Positions 13,172 through 24,258 are shown, numbered from the stretch's first letter. The stretch is 64,000 bases of DNA from an uncultured Flavobacteriales bacterium (GCA_963814325.1 CAWFCK010000017.1:47855-111854); one strand, 5' to 3'. The notes: generated by a model from the letters alone, not told the origin. Translations and numbers: made by a program.

Positions 13172-13756
13172 ATGAATAAGTCGATCATAAGCCTACCGGA
13201 TGAAGTGGTCATGCGCCGGATCCATGTTGATTCCGTGGACAGAAGGTGATGCTGGACCGGGACCTTGCAGAGCTGTACGTGGTGGAAACCAAGTACCTCA
13301 AGCGGCAAGTGAAGCGGAACATCGAACGCTTCCCTGAGGACTTCATGTTCGAGCTGAGCAAGGAAGAGTTTGAAGAATGGAGGAGCCAAAATGTCACCTC
13401 CAAATCCTCTGACACCATGGGTCTGCGTTACGCCCCATACGCCTTCACAGAGCAAGGTCTGGCCATGTTGTCCAGTGTACTCAACAGCCAACGAGCGATC
13501 GCCTGCGAACATCCAGATCGATACGGCTGTTCACCAAAATGCGCGAAGTACTGTTCGCCCACAAAGACCTGCTGTTACAGGTTGAGAAGGTCAAAGGCAA
13601 GACCCTCGAAGAACAGCCGTGACATCAAAGCGATCTTCGCTCAACTTAGGCGGATGCGCGAAGAAGAGCAAGAACCGGTTGTTACTCGCGCAGGTCCCCA
13701 AGGAGAAGAAGAAGCAAGCACCCATCGGGTTCAAGCAGTCCAAGGGCAAGCGCTGA
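13172..13756 (+). CDS. ORF6N DNA-binding domain protein (frameshifted)
   Basis: [36 protein letters not shown] and [18 protein letters not shown]; C-terminal PIGFK motif in another frame. Confidence 0.85.
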
Positions 13757-13937
13757 CCCGCCTGCGCTGAAGCTCCGGCGGGCGAGCTCGGGGATATGGG
13801 TCTGCCACCGGATAGGCCTGTAAGCTTCCCCCCAAGCCGGGCAAGTGAGCCCCGAGGTCTCAGGGCGTTGGAGGTTCCGCCCGGACCGGCTTGGCCATGG
13901 GTTATGAGGCCGAAATGTGCTAATTGACTCCGCGATC

Positions 13938-13946
13938 TATCTTCGC
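13938..13946 (+). promoter_or_regulatory. Bacteroidota-type -7 promoter element (TAnnTTCG variant) for tRNA-Arg
   Basis: TATCTTCGC 12 nt upstream of the tRNA; the same motif recurs ahead of other genes. Confidence 0.6.
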
Positions 13947-13958
13947 AGCCACTTTCAC

Positions 13959-14032
13959 GGACCCGTAGCTCAATTGGATAGAGCACCTGACTACGGATCA
14001 GGAGGTTTGGGGTTCGACTCCCTACGGGTTCA
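13959..14032 (+). tRNA. tRNA-Arg (ACG)
   Basis: Acceptor stem GGACCCG/CGGGTTC; D-arm TAGCTCAATTGGATAGAGC; anticodon arm CCTGA-CTACGGA-TCAGG; T-loop GGTTCGACTCC. Confidence 0.97.
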
Positions 14033-14045
14033 CGAAGTATGAATG

Positions 14046-14069
14046 GAGGCGCTGCGCAAGCAGCGCCTC
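14046..14069 (+). terminator. Hairpin downstream of tRNA-Arg
   Basis: GAGGCGCTGC-GCAA-GCAGCGCCTC, 10-bp stem with a weak U tract. Confidence 0.55.
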
Positions 14070-14169
14070 TGTCATTTCCGCTGGTTCCGGACGGTCCGAG
14101 GGCAACCACGGTCAAAACCTTCCGCTTACTCCCGCGGGCTACATTCGCAGCCCTTTTCAACGGAAAACC

Positions 14170-15267
14170 ATGGGATTGAAGTGCGGTATCGTCGGTCTGC
14201 CCAACGTGGGCAAGAGCACCTTGTTCAACTGCCTGAGCAACGCCAAGGCGCAGGCGGCCAACTTCCCCTTCTGCACTATTGAGCCCAACATCGGCACCAT
14301 CACCGTGCCCGATGCGCGACTGAACAAGCTGGCCGAACTGGTGAAGCCCCAGCGCATCATGCCCACCACCGTGGAGATCGTGGACATCGCGGGCCTGGTG
14401 AAGGGCGCCAGCAAGGGCGAAGGGCTGGGCAACCAGTTCCTGGGCAACATCCGCGAGTGCGATGCCATCCTGCACGTGCTGCGCTGCTTCGACGACCCCA
14501 ACGTGGTGCACGTGGATGGCAGCGTGGACCCGGTGCGCGACAAGGAGGTGATCGACATCGAACTGCAGTTGAAGGACCTGGAGACCGTGGAGGCCCGCCT
14601 GAAGAAGGTGGAGAAGCAGGCGCAGATCGGCGAGAAGGAGGCCAAGCGCCGCTTCGACCTGCTCTCCCGCATCCGCGAGCACCTGCTGAAAGGCCACAGC
14701 GCACGCGCAGCCATCGGCGACAACGACGACCCCGCATTGCTTGCGGAATTCCAACTGCTCACCACCAAGCCCGTGATGTACGTGTGCAACGTGGATGAGA
14801 AGAGCGCCATCAATGGCAACGCCTACGTGGACAGGGTGAAGGCCGCCGTGGCGCATGAGAACGCCGAGGTCATCTTCGTCACCGCCGCCATCGAGGCCGA
14901 GATCGCATCGCTGGAGACTCCCGAGGAGCGCGAGATGTTCCTGAAGGACATCGGGCTTGACGAGCCCGGGGTGAACAAGCTGATCCACGCCGCCTACCAC
15001 CTGCTGAAGCTGCAGACCTACTTCACCGCAGGGGTGCAGGAGGTGCGCGCCTGGACCATCCACCAGGGCGACACGGGTCCGAAGGCGGCCGGCGTGATCC
15101 ACAGCGACTTCGAGAAGGGATACATCCGCGCGGAGGTGATGGCCTACAACGACTTCATCACGCTGGGGAGTGAAGCGGCCTGCCGCGCATCCGGCAAGTT
15201 GAAGGTGGAAGGGAAGGAGTATGTGGTGAAGGACGGCGACGTGATGCACTTCCTCTTCAACGTCTAG
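14170..15267 (+). CDS. ychF: Redox-regulated ATPase YchF
   Basis: GIVGLPNVGKSTLFN, ANFPFCTIEPN, DIAGLVKGASKGEGLGNQFL, EGKEYVVKDGDVMHF. Confidence 0.98.
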   Translation: MGLKCGIVGLPNVGKSTLFNCLSNAKAQAANFPFCTIEPNIGTITVPDARLNKLAELVKPQRIMPTTVEIVDIAGLVKGASKGEGLGNQFLGNIRECDAILHVLRCFDDPNVVHVDGSVDPVRDKEVIDIELQLKDLETVEARLKKVEKQAQIGEKEAKRRFDLLSRIREHLLKGHSARAAIGDNDDPALLAEFQLLTTKPVMYVCNVDEKSAINGNAYVDRVKAAVAHENAEVIFVTAAIEAEIASLETPEEREMFLKDIGLDEPGVNKLIHAAYHLLKLQTYFTAGVQEVRAWTIHQGDTGPKAAGVIHSDFEKGYIRAEVMAYNDFITLGSEAACRASGKLKVEGKEYVVKDGDVMHFLFNV

Positions 15268-15333
15268 GCGGCAACCTCTCATCCGGGTCACGTCTTCAGG
15301 CCATTCGCCGGGAATACCACATCTTCGCCACGC

Positions 15334-16046
15334 ATGCAGGTCCGATCGCTCAGCATCATCATTCCGGCGTACAACGAGGAGCGCACCATCCACGAAGTGT
15401 TGGGCGTGGTGCATGCCTTGCAGCTCCCCAACGGCATCACCAAGGAGATCATCGTGGTGAACGATCAATAGCAAGGATGGCACGTCGACCGAGGTGAAGC
15501 GCTTCCAGGCAGGATCAGCCGCATGCCGGTGTGGTGCTGGTGGATCAGCCGGTGAACAAAGGCAAGGGAGCCGCCATCCATCGCGGCATGCAGGAAGCCA
15601 CGGGCGACATGCTCATCATCCAGGACGCCGATGTGGAGCTGGACCCGAACGAGATCGTGCACTTGTTAGAGCCGGTGTTACGGGGTGAAGCGGACATCGT
15701 CTTCGGCGATCGCTTCGCGAACGGGCTTCCTTATCCCGGCTTCAGCAAGAAGAGCTACTACGCCAACAAGTTCCTCACGTGGTTCAGCAACGTGGCCACC
15801 GGCAACCCCGTGCGCGACATGGAGGTGTGCTACAAGCTGATGCCCACGCACATCGCCAAAGGCCTCGGCCTGAAGGAGGAGCGCTTCGGATTCGAACCGG
15901 AGGTCACCGCGCGGTTGAGCCGCATCAAGGGCCTGCGGTGGAAGCACGTGCCGGTGAGCTATACGGCCCGCACACGTGCGGAAGGCAAGCACATCGGTTG
16001 GAAGGACGGTATCCGGGCGCTGTGGTGCTCGGTGAAGTACCGCTGA
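15334..16046 (+). CDS. Glycosyltransferase family 2 (DPM1-like), frameshifted
   Basis: MQVRSLSIIIPAYNEE at 15334; NKGKGAA, IIQDAD, FGFEPEVT, EGKHIGWKDG. Confidence 0.88.
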
Positions 16047-16133
16047 GCCGTTCGCCCACATTCCATCCACTGGTCCGACCACCGAAGGACGACTCGTCCC
16101 ATTGGCCTACATTTCGCGCCCATTCCACCTCGC

Positions 16134-18275
16134 ATGTTCAACCGTATTTCCCGCCTCGGCCTCGCCACCATCATCCTTGCCAGCGCCTGTGGCGAGGTAC
16201 CGGTGACCACGACCAACACTGAACTTCCCGCCATGTCCAACCCGCTCGCGACCGCCAGTCCGCTCGTGTTCCAAGCCCCGGTCTTCGACAAGCTGAAGGA
16301 CAGCGACTACGAGCCCGCCATCGAGGCTGGCATGAAAAAGCAGCTCGAGGAAGTGCGGGTCATCAGCGAGAACAAGGAGCCCGCCACCTTCGAGAACACC
16401 ATCGTGGCCATGGAAAAAAGCGGGGTGGACCTCGCACGTGCCAGCAAGATCTTCTTCGGCCTCACCGGCAGCGCAACGAACGACACGCTGCAGGCCATCA
16501 AGGCCCGTGTGGCACCGAAGCTCACCGCGCACGGCGATGCCATCACCCTGAACGATGCGCTCTTCCAACGCGTGAAGTCCGTGTACGATGGGCGCGCCAA
16601 CGCGGGCCTCGATCCTGTGTCCACGCGCTTGATCGAGCGATACTACACGCGCTTCGTGCGTGCGGGCGCCATGCTTGATGCAGGCGCGAAGGAGCAGATG
16701 AAGAAGCTGAACGAGGAGGAGTCCAACCTGAGCACCAAGTTCCAGGACAACATCTTGAAGGCCCGTTCGGCCGCATCGATCATCGTGGACAAGAAGGAGC
16801 AACTGGACGGCCTGAGCGATGAGGCCATCGCTGCCGCTGCCGATGCCGCCAAGGCGAAAGGGCAGGAGGGCAAGTGGCTGATCGAGATCGTGAACACCAC
16901 CACGCAGCCGGTGTTGGTCAGTTTGAAGGACCGCTCGTTGCGCGAGCGCATCTACAAGGCGAGCATCTCGCGCAACAGCAGCGGCGATACGGACAACAGC
17001 AAGATCGTGGCGCGGCTCGCGCAGCTCCGCGGGCAGAAGGCCAAGTTGCTCGGTTTCCCCAACTGGGCAGCCTACGTGATGGACGACCAGATGGCGAAGA
17101 CGCCCGAGGCCGCGCTGAAGCTGCTGGGCGGCCTGGCTCCCGCTGCCGCGCGCAATGCCAAGGCCGAAGCCGTCAAGCATGCAGGCGCTCATCGACAAGC
17201 AGAAGGGCGGCTTCAAGCTGGAGCCGTGGGATTGGGACTTCTACGCCGAGCAGGTGCGCAAGGCCGAGTACGACCTGGACGAGGCCGCGATGAAGCCGTA
17301 CTTCGAACTTCGACAGCGTGCTGCGTGAACGGCGTGTTCTACGCCGCGAACGAGATGTACGGTCTCACCTTCAAGGAGCGCAAGGACATGCCCGTCTACC
17401 ATCCGGATGTGCGCGTGTTCGACGTCTTCGACGCGGGCGGCAAGGTCGATCGGCCTGTTCTACGGCGACTACTTCGCCCGCGACAACAAGAACGGCGGCG
17501 CCTGGATGGACAGCTTCGTGGACCAGTGCGAACTGCTCGGCCAGCAGCCGGTGGTCACCCAGAACTGCAACTACGTGAAGCCCGCCGCCGGCCAGCCCGC
17601 GCTGCTGAGCTTCGACGACGTGACCACGCTCTTCCACGAGTTCGGCCACGCGCTGCACGGCATGTTGAGCCGCCAGAAGTACCCGCTCTTCGCCGGCACG
17701 GCCACCGCCGCGCGACTTCGTCGAGTTCCCCTCGCAGTTCAACGAAGCATTGGGCCACGGATCCCGCGGTGCTCGGGCATTATGCCAAGCATTACAGGAC
17801 CGGCGAAGCCATGCCTGCCGAGCTCATTCAGAAGATGAAGAACGCCAAGACCTTCAACCAGGGCTACGCCACCAGCGAATACATCGCCGCCGCGCTGCTC
17901 GATATCGAGTGGCACAGGATGGGGGCGGATGCCGCGTTGGTGACCGATGTGCAGGCATACGAAGATGCTGCGCTGGCGAAATATGGCCTGCTGAACCCGC
18001 AGGTGCCGCCGCGTTACAAGACCAACTACTTCAGCCACATCTGGGGCGGTGGCTACAGCGCCAACTACTACGCTTACATGTGGAGCGAGGTGCTCGATGC
18101 CGATGGCTGTGCGTGGTTCGCCGAGAAAGGCGGGTTCAACCGTGCCAATGGCATGCACTTCCGCAGCACCGTGCTATCGCAAGGTGGCAGCAAGGAGAGT
18201 GGACAGTTGTACCGTGACTTCACCGGCCGTGATGCACGCCTTGAGCCGTTGTTGGAACGCAGGGGTTTGAACTGA
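16134..18275 (+). CDS. dcp: M3 family peptidyl-dipeptidase Dcp, lipoprotein (compensating frameshifts ~17180-17750)
   Basis: Lipobox LASAC; ATFENTIVAME; TLFHEFGHALHG in frame 17407-17838; YFSHIWGGGYSANYYAYMWSEVLDAD. Confidence 0.88.
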   Translation: MFNRISRLGLATIILASACGEVPVTTTNTELPAMSNPLATASPLVFQAPVFDKLKDSDYEPAIEAGMKKQLEEVRVISENKEPATFENTIVAMEKSGVDLARASKIFFGLTGSATNDTLQAIKARVAPKLTAHGDAITLNDALFQRVKSVYDGRANAGLDPVSTRLIERYYTRFVRAGAMLDAGAKEQMKKLNEEESNLSTKFQDNILKARSAASIIVDKKEQLDGLSDEAIAAAADAAKAKGQEGKWLIEIVNTTTQPVLVSLKDRSLRERIYKASISRNSSGDTDNSKIVARLAQLRGQKAKLLGFPNWAAYVMDDQMAKTPEAALKLLGGLAPAAARNAKAEAVKHAGAHRQAEGRLQAGAVGLGLLRRAGAQGRVRPGRGRDEAVLRTSTACCVNGVFYAANEMYGLTFKERKDMPVYHPDVRVFDVFDAGGKVDRPVLRRLLRPRQQERRRLDGQLRGPVRTARPAAGGHPELQLREARRRPARAAELRRRDHALPRVRPRAARHVEPPEVPALRRHGHRRATSSSSPRSSTKHWATDPAVLGHYAKHYRTGEAMPAELIQKMKNAKTFNQGYATSEYIAAALLDIEWHRMGADAALVTDVQAYEDAALAKYGLLNPQVPPRYKTNYFSHIWGGGYSANYYAYMWSEVLDADGCAWFAEKGGFNRANGMHFRSTVLSQGGSKESGQLYRDFTGRDARLEPLLERRGLN

Positions 18276-18433
18276 GCAGGAGGAGCGTCACAGTTGTCGA
18301 CGTTTCGCTGGATCACCCCGAATGATCGGCTGAACGGGCTCCTCGAACGTCAGAAATGTCCCTCGGCGAGACCGCTCCGGGGTGATGTACTTTGCATCGC
18401 TCCCGCTTCTCTTCACCTTAGCGTTCCACGCCC

Positions 18434-21386
18434 ATGCGATCCCTGTTGTCAGGTATTTTCCTCGTTGTCCTTGCACTTGCCGTCTCTGGTCAACAGACCA
18501 ACCCGGATCGGTCACGTTCCCCTTCATATTCTGGAGCTTCGATCCAGCGGCGTGCGCTTTGCTCCGGTGAACCTGTTGCGTTCCGTGGTTCCCAACGCCA
18601 AGACCGATGCACTTTGGTCGGATGCATGCCGCAGTGCCCAGGTGCTGAGTTACGACCACGCGGCCGCGGCCGCCCTGATCACGTCGAGGCCGGAACACAT
18701 CGCCTTGTCCTTTCCCACGGCGAATGGCACTGTCGTGCTGGAGTTGGAACGCACGAGCGCGGTCACGGATGACCTTGTGGTACGGCAGGCGAGCGATGGG
18801 CGGACCATCCGACCCGAGGCCAGCGTGCATTACAAGGGCATGGTGCAGGGCGTTGCCAATTCGCTGGTATCGATCAGCGTGTTCGCGCGCGAGGTCATGG
18901 GCCTCATCTCCGACGACTCCGGCGAGCAGGTGATCGGCCGCTTCGACCGTGCACCGGATGATCTGCATGTGCTGTACCATGAACGTGACCTGCGCCGCAC
19001 GAATGGTGCGGTGTGCGGCACGCCCGACAGCCCGGGAGTGTACGGCCACGATGAACTTCAGGCCGATGAGGGGGAGCGGTCGATCCGCTGTGTCCGCTGG
19101 TATTGGGAAGTGGCGAACGACATCTACCTGAACAAGGGCAGCGTGTTCGAACGCTACGAATTATGTCACAGGCCTTTTCAACCAAAGCGCCACATTGTAT
19201 TCGAATGACGGTATCAGTGTCTCGTTGTTGGAGGTGTTCGTATGGAATGTGGCCAGCCCGTATAACGGGACCAGCAGCAGTTCGCGTCTGAACCAATTCG
19301 GCACCACGCGCACCAGTTTCAACGGCGATATGGCGCACCTCCTGGACAATGGCGGCTACGGTGGGGTGGCCTGGTTGAACACCTTGTGCAGCGGCACCAG
19401 TTCGCGCATGGCGTACAGTGGCATCAACAACAGTTACAACAACGTGCCCACGTACAGCTGGAGCGTGGAAGTCGTGACGCATGAACAGGGCCACAACCTC
19501 GGATCGCGACATACGCACGCCTGTGCATGGAACGGGAACGGCACGGCCATCGATGGCTGCGGCCCCACGGCTGGCTACACGGAAGGCAGCTGTCCTACCG
19601 CGCCCAATCCTGCCGGTGGCGGCACCATCATGAGCTATTGCCATCTGGTCGGCGGTGTGGGGATCAACTTCAACAACGGGTTCGGTCCGCAGCCCAAGGC
19701 CGTGATCCTGAATGCTGTGAACGGTGCAACCTGCCTGTTATCCTGTGGCACCAGTTGCGATCCGCCAGGGCTCAGTGTCTCTGCGCTCACGCCAGTGTCC
19801 TGCACCCTCAACTGGACGAATGTGGGTGCGGTGAGTTACACGATGCGCTGGAAACCACAGGCCAGCGGCACTTGGACGACCGTGACCGGTCTGACCACCA
19901 CATCTTATGCGTTAACAGGCCTCACACAGACCACGGCCTATGAATTCCAGGTGCTCACCGTGTGCGCAGCCTCCAGCTCGGCGTATTCCGCCTCGTACAA
20001 CTTCACCACGCCAGCGCCCTGTCCGGATTCCAACGAACCGAACAACTCGCTCGCAGCGGCCGTGGTGATCACGCCCCCGACAGCGATCAACGCGCTCATC
20101 GCATCAGCAAGCGATCAGGACTTCTACAAGTTCACGACGACAGGGGGGGCGGTGAACCTGTCCTTGAGCAACCTGGCCGGTGATTACGACCTATACCTGC
20201 TAAGTAGTACAGGAACCCAATTGGCCGCTGCGGAGCTGGGCGGAACGAGCAGCGAGAGCATCAATTACACGGCGGCGGCCGGGACCTATGTGATCAAGGT
20301 GGTCGGCTACAACGGGGCCTTCAGCGCGTTCCAGTGTTACCTCCTCAATGTGAGCGTGTATCAAGCCTGCGGCCCGGTGAGCGGATATACCGCCACCAAC
20401 ATCACCTACAACAGCGCGCTGCTGGGCTGGGGCGCAATAACCACGGCCACGAGCTATGACCTGCAATGGAAGCCAACCAGCGGCAGCACATGGACAACGG
20501 TGAGCGGCATCGCCACGAATTCATACACACTCGGGTCATTGGCTGCAAGCACCTCATACGACTTCCAAGTACGACCCATCTGTCAGGGATCGCAATCGGT
20601 GTATGAGGCTTCTTCGGGCTTCACCACAACGTCGGCTCCATGCGAAGTGTCACCGCCGGTCCTGCTGTCCGTGAAGGTGCTGCTGGAAGGGCCTTACAAA
20701 ACGGCGAACGGGCTGATGACCGATTCGCTGCGCGTGAAGAACCTGATCCCGCTGACAGAGCCGTATAGCGCTTTGGGATTGGCCGTGACAGGAGCAACGA
20801 GCGTGACCTCCGGTGTGCTGGCGGTCACCGGCAACAACGCCATCGTGGATTGGGTGGTGGTGGAACTCCGGAACCCGGCCAGTACATCCACGGTGGTGGA
20901 ACGCAAGGCAGCACTGCTGCAGCGCGATGGGGATGTGGTGGCCTTGGATGGCACCAGCGCGCTCGGCTTCTGTTCGGTAGCGGGATCTTACCATGTGGCC
21001 GTGCGTCATCGCAACCACCAAGGCTGCATGACGGTCCTGGGGATGACCCTGGGGAACACGGCGACGAGCGTGGTCGACCGCCAGCGGAACGGGCACATAT
21101 GGCATCAATGCCCGCAAACAGGTGGGCGCGGTACTGGCCCTGTGGATGGGCAACACCACCGGCGACACCATGGTGATGTACAGCGGTGCGGGCAATGAGT
21201 CGGGACCCGATCCTCACCGCCGTGGGCAGCACTACGCCCAATAACAGTGTAACCGGTTACTTGCGCACCGACCTCACCATGGATGGCCAGGTGAAGTACA
21301 CCGGCAGCGAGAACGATCGCGACCCGATCCTGACCAATGTGGGCAGTACAACACCCAACAATGTGCGGGTGGAGCAGTTGCCTTGA
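18434..21386 (+). CDS. Secreted M12/reprolysin-like zinc metalloprotease with FN3 and PPC domains and a dockerin-like C-terminal module (frameshifted)
   Basis: Signal peptide MRSLLSGIFLVVLALAVSGQ; HEQGHNLGSRH metzincin motif with GTIMSY Met-turn; two FN3 repeats; PPC-like DQDFYKF...DYDLYL; C-terminal VLLEGPY...RHRNH...DRDPIL x2 ending VEQLP*. Confidence 0.85.
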
Positions 21387-21395
21387 TGTTGGGGA

Positions 21396-21417
21396 GGGCC
21401 GACCTGGCCCATTTTTT
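21396..21417 (+). terminator. Putative intrinsic terminator
   Basis: GGGCC-GACCT-GGCCC followed by ATTTTTT. Confidence 0.45.
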
Positions 21418-21455
21418 CGCATTTTCGCGCCCCCACCAACCAATACCCACCGACC

Positions 21456-22673
21456 ATGCTTCGGAACATGATGACGGCTGCCGCCATTGCCGGCGGTCTA
21501 TTGTTGCAGGCCCAGAGCACCTACTTCCTGCTCGAACCACCGGAGGCGAACATGCCGAACGTGAAGAAGATCGCGGTGCTCGATTTCGGCGGCGAGCGCG
21601 GAAAGGCCTTCTCAGAGCGCCTCATGGCCGAGCTCATGAAGAACGACAACGGCATCGAGGACGTGAGCGCTGGCCTGTTCAAAGTGGTGAAAGGCGAGAG
21701 CATGCAACAGGGCGCGCATACGCAGGTCTTCACCATCATGGAACGCAGCGAGATCCAGCGCGTGTTGAACGAGCAGCGCTTCAGCAATTCGGGCGTGGTG
21801 GATGAGTCCACGGCAGCGGAATTGGGACGGGTGCTCGGCCTGGATGCCATGATCATGGGCAGCACCAACTATAACCGCACGTACAACACCAGCACTCAGG
21901 GCGAGACGAGCTGCAAGGAGTTAAAGGTGATCGCCACGGTGAGCCTGAAGGTGGTGGATGTGACCACTGGCCAGGTCCTGAGCGTGAAGAGCGATGAGCG
22001 GACGGCCATGCATAAGGCCTGCGGGAATGCCTCATTGAAGTCGATCGGTGAGCTGCTGGATGACGCGTTGGCGAAGTGCGCGGTCGCCATGGCCGGCCAC
22101 GTCGGGCCTCATTTCAAGGCGCGCAAGTTCGAGTTCGAGCGGATCAAGGTGAAGGAGTTCTCCGCCATGAGCAAGAAGGCCGAGGACCTGGTGGAGCAGA
22201 AGGACCTGCCGGGCGCTTACAACCTGTACAGCACCATCAGCACATCGGACCCCTACAACGCACAGAGCCTGGGCAACATGGCCATGATCCACGAGATCTA
22301 CGGCAACTTCGATGAGGCGGTGAAGTTGTTGGAGCGCGCCGCGGCCATCGATCGCGAGAACTATGGCGAACCGCTGAAGTTCGCGCAGACCAAGCAGGCC
22401 GATGCGGCCAAGCTGGCGGCCATGGGCATCACGATCACGCCCAAGGAGTTCAGCGTTACCGAAGGTGCTGCCATCATGAACAGTGTGACAACACGTGGAA
22501 ACAAGGATGACCGCCACGAGGTGCGTCGCGATGCCAGTTCCGGATCGGAAGTGATCGCCAAGGTGCCGGGTGGGCTGAACTTCAATGTGATCGAGACCAA
22601 GGGCGAATGGAGCCTGATCAAACTGCTGGACGATAAGCAGGGCTGGATCAAGGCCGACAGCGTGAAGCGCTGA
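21456..22673 (+). CDS. Exported CsgG/HfaB-like + TPR + SH3 domain protein
   Basis: Signal peptide ending QAQ; KIAVLDF...IMERSEIQRVLNEQRFSNSGVVDESTAAELGRVLGLDAMIMGS; TPR (SLGNMAMIHEIYGNFDEAV); SH3b-like GEWSLIKL-DKQGWI. Confidence 0.75.
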   Translation: MLRNMMTAAAIAGGLLLQAQSTYFLLEPPEANMPNVKKIAVLDFGGERGKAFSERLMAELMKNDNGIEDVSAGLFKVVKGESMQQGAHTQVFTIMERSEIQRVLNEQRFSNSGVVDESTAAELGRVLGLDAMIMGSTNYNRTYNTSTQGETSCKELKVIATVSLKVVDVTTGQVLSVKSDERTAMHKACGNASLKSIGELLDDALAKCAVAMAGHVGPHFKARKFEFERIKVKEFSAMSKKAEDLVEQKDLPGAYNLYSTISTSDPYNAQSLGNMAMIHEIYGNFDEAVKLLERAAAIDRENYGEPLKFAQTKQADAAKLAAMGITITPKEFSVTEGAAIMNSVTTRGNKDDRHEVRRDASSGSEVIAKVPGGLNFNVIETKGEWSLIKLLDDKQGWIKADSVKR

Positions 22674-22692
22674 TCAACCTCGCGAAGCATTG

Positions 22693-22724
22693 GAACGGAG
22701 TGCCTGGCAACAGGCGCTCCGTTC
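22693..22724. terminator. Hairpin between convergent genes
   Basis: GAACGGAGTGCCTG-GCAA-CAGGCGCTCCGTTC. Confidence 0.65.
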
Positions 22725-22747
22725 TGCTTTCCGCCCGAACCTGCCGG

Positions 22748-24072
22748 TCAATTCAGCGTGTAGGGCACCTTGCGTGTTACCACCTGCGGCACCTGCACCG
22801 TGCGCGTTGCGAACCGCTCCTTCAGCGCCGCTGCGGATACCTTCACCAGCACATCCACGGCGCCCAACATGTTGTCGTTCGCAAGCCCCAGGTGTACGCG
22901 ACCTTCGAGCGGCGTGCGTATTTCGGCAGCTTCGCAGACCACATCACCTTGCAGCATCGGATCGAATCCTTGTCCTGCCCGGAACAACTGGGCCTGCTCC
23001 GCGTTCGGGAGGAAATAGAACTTCACCGCCTCCATGCCATCGACGCGTTCAAAGGGGCTCATCGACCCCAAGAGCAGGGGCGTCAATGGGTTCGCGCCAG
23101 GGGCGATCTTCGGTAGCGATCCCCGCTGGTGCGGAACCGGTCCCTGGCCCGTTCGAATTCGGCCCTGCCAGCGCTGCCCGCACCGATGAAATAGGCCCAC
23201 GCGAATGTGCCCTTCGGCAGGTCGATGGAGAGCAGCGTTTTGTTCGCGTTCAGGTCGTTCATGTCGCCGGTCTGCACGCGAACGGTCTGGCCGAGCAGTT
23301 CCGTGATCACCGTATCGTTCTTCACGAAATAGGATTCCTCCTTGGGCACCTGGATCGTCTCCGTGCTGGTACGCCATTTCACTTCTGGGTTGAACCGCAC
23401 AGCGGCTTTGCTGGCCGGGATGCGCCGGATGCGCAGGGAAGTGGTGCGGTCGTAGGGCTGCTCGGTGCTCAGCTTGAAGCGCAGGATGCATCGCTCGTAC
23501 ACGGGGAACGTCTGGTGGTTAAGCGCAGAGAACGAGCGTTTGCTGAAGATCGGTGCGCCATCGGGCTCCGAGAACACGTCGATCGAGTTGCTCGTGAGCG
23601 CGCTCTTCATGGGCGAGTCGATCACCACGAGGTCGCCCTTCTCGAACGCATAGTAACAGGTGGGGTAGGCGTAGTCCTCGCCGCGATGGTCACGCTGCCA
23701 TGCGCCCACGGACTGGCGGCCGGGAATGGCCATGGGCAGGTCGGCCACGAAGATCGTGTCCATTCCCGGGACCACAGGGGCCACGGTAGCGGTGGTGATC
23801 GCGAACTCCACGGCCTTCTGGCGCCCAGCCTCCACCGCGACCAGCTCGTTCTTCATGGCCGGTCGGCCTCGATCGAGATATTCCAATTGCACCAGGTGGT
23901 CACCCACGGTCACCACCTGGATCAGGGGGGTGTTGGGTTCCACGGTCCCGATGATCCGGCCATCCACCTGCACCTCGCCCCGCGTGTTGGAGATGATCAA
24001 CAGCTTGCCGGTGGTCTGGCCGAAGGACAATGAGGTGAGGACGGTAAAAGCCAGGACGAGTACGGACTTCAT
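22748..24072 (-). CDS. Exported hypothetical protein with an N-terminal PEGA-like domain (frameshift ~23090)
   Basis: MKSVLVLAFTVLTSLSFGQ signal peptide; GKLLIISN-GEVQVDG-IIG-VTVGDHLVQL pattern; continues in frame 22748-23491. Confidence 0.65.
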
Positions 24073-24249
24073 CGGAGGGCGTGGTTTGTTCAACCGCGAT
24101 GATACAAAAGCTTGAAGCAACGGGAAGTTAGGCCGCAAGTCCCAAGGCCCGGTTCTATCGGTCTCCGATCGCCGCGGATGTTGAAAACTCCCCCGCGATC
24201 GTTGAAAACCGCCGTCCGGCGCGGGGTCTGAAGGGGGGGAGAGCCCATC

Positions 24250-24258
24250 TACCTTCGC
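24250..24258 (+). promoter_or_regulatory. -7 promoter element upstream of parE
   Basis: TACCTTCGC. Confidence 0.5.

Noticed and set aside
13959-14032. tRNA-Arg as a prophage or island attachment site
   Set aside because: No integrase and no duplicated tRNA 3' end was found; ychF follows directly
13591-15483. 630-aa minus-strand ORF and similar long antisense ORFs (3650-5122, 36128-37492, 22690-24033)
   Set aside because: These are shadow ORFs of high-GC coding strands overlapping well-supported genes
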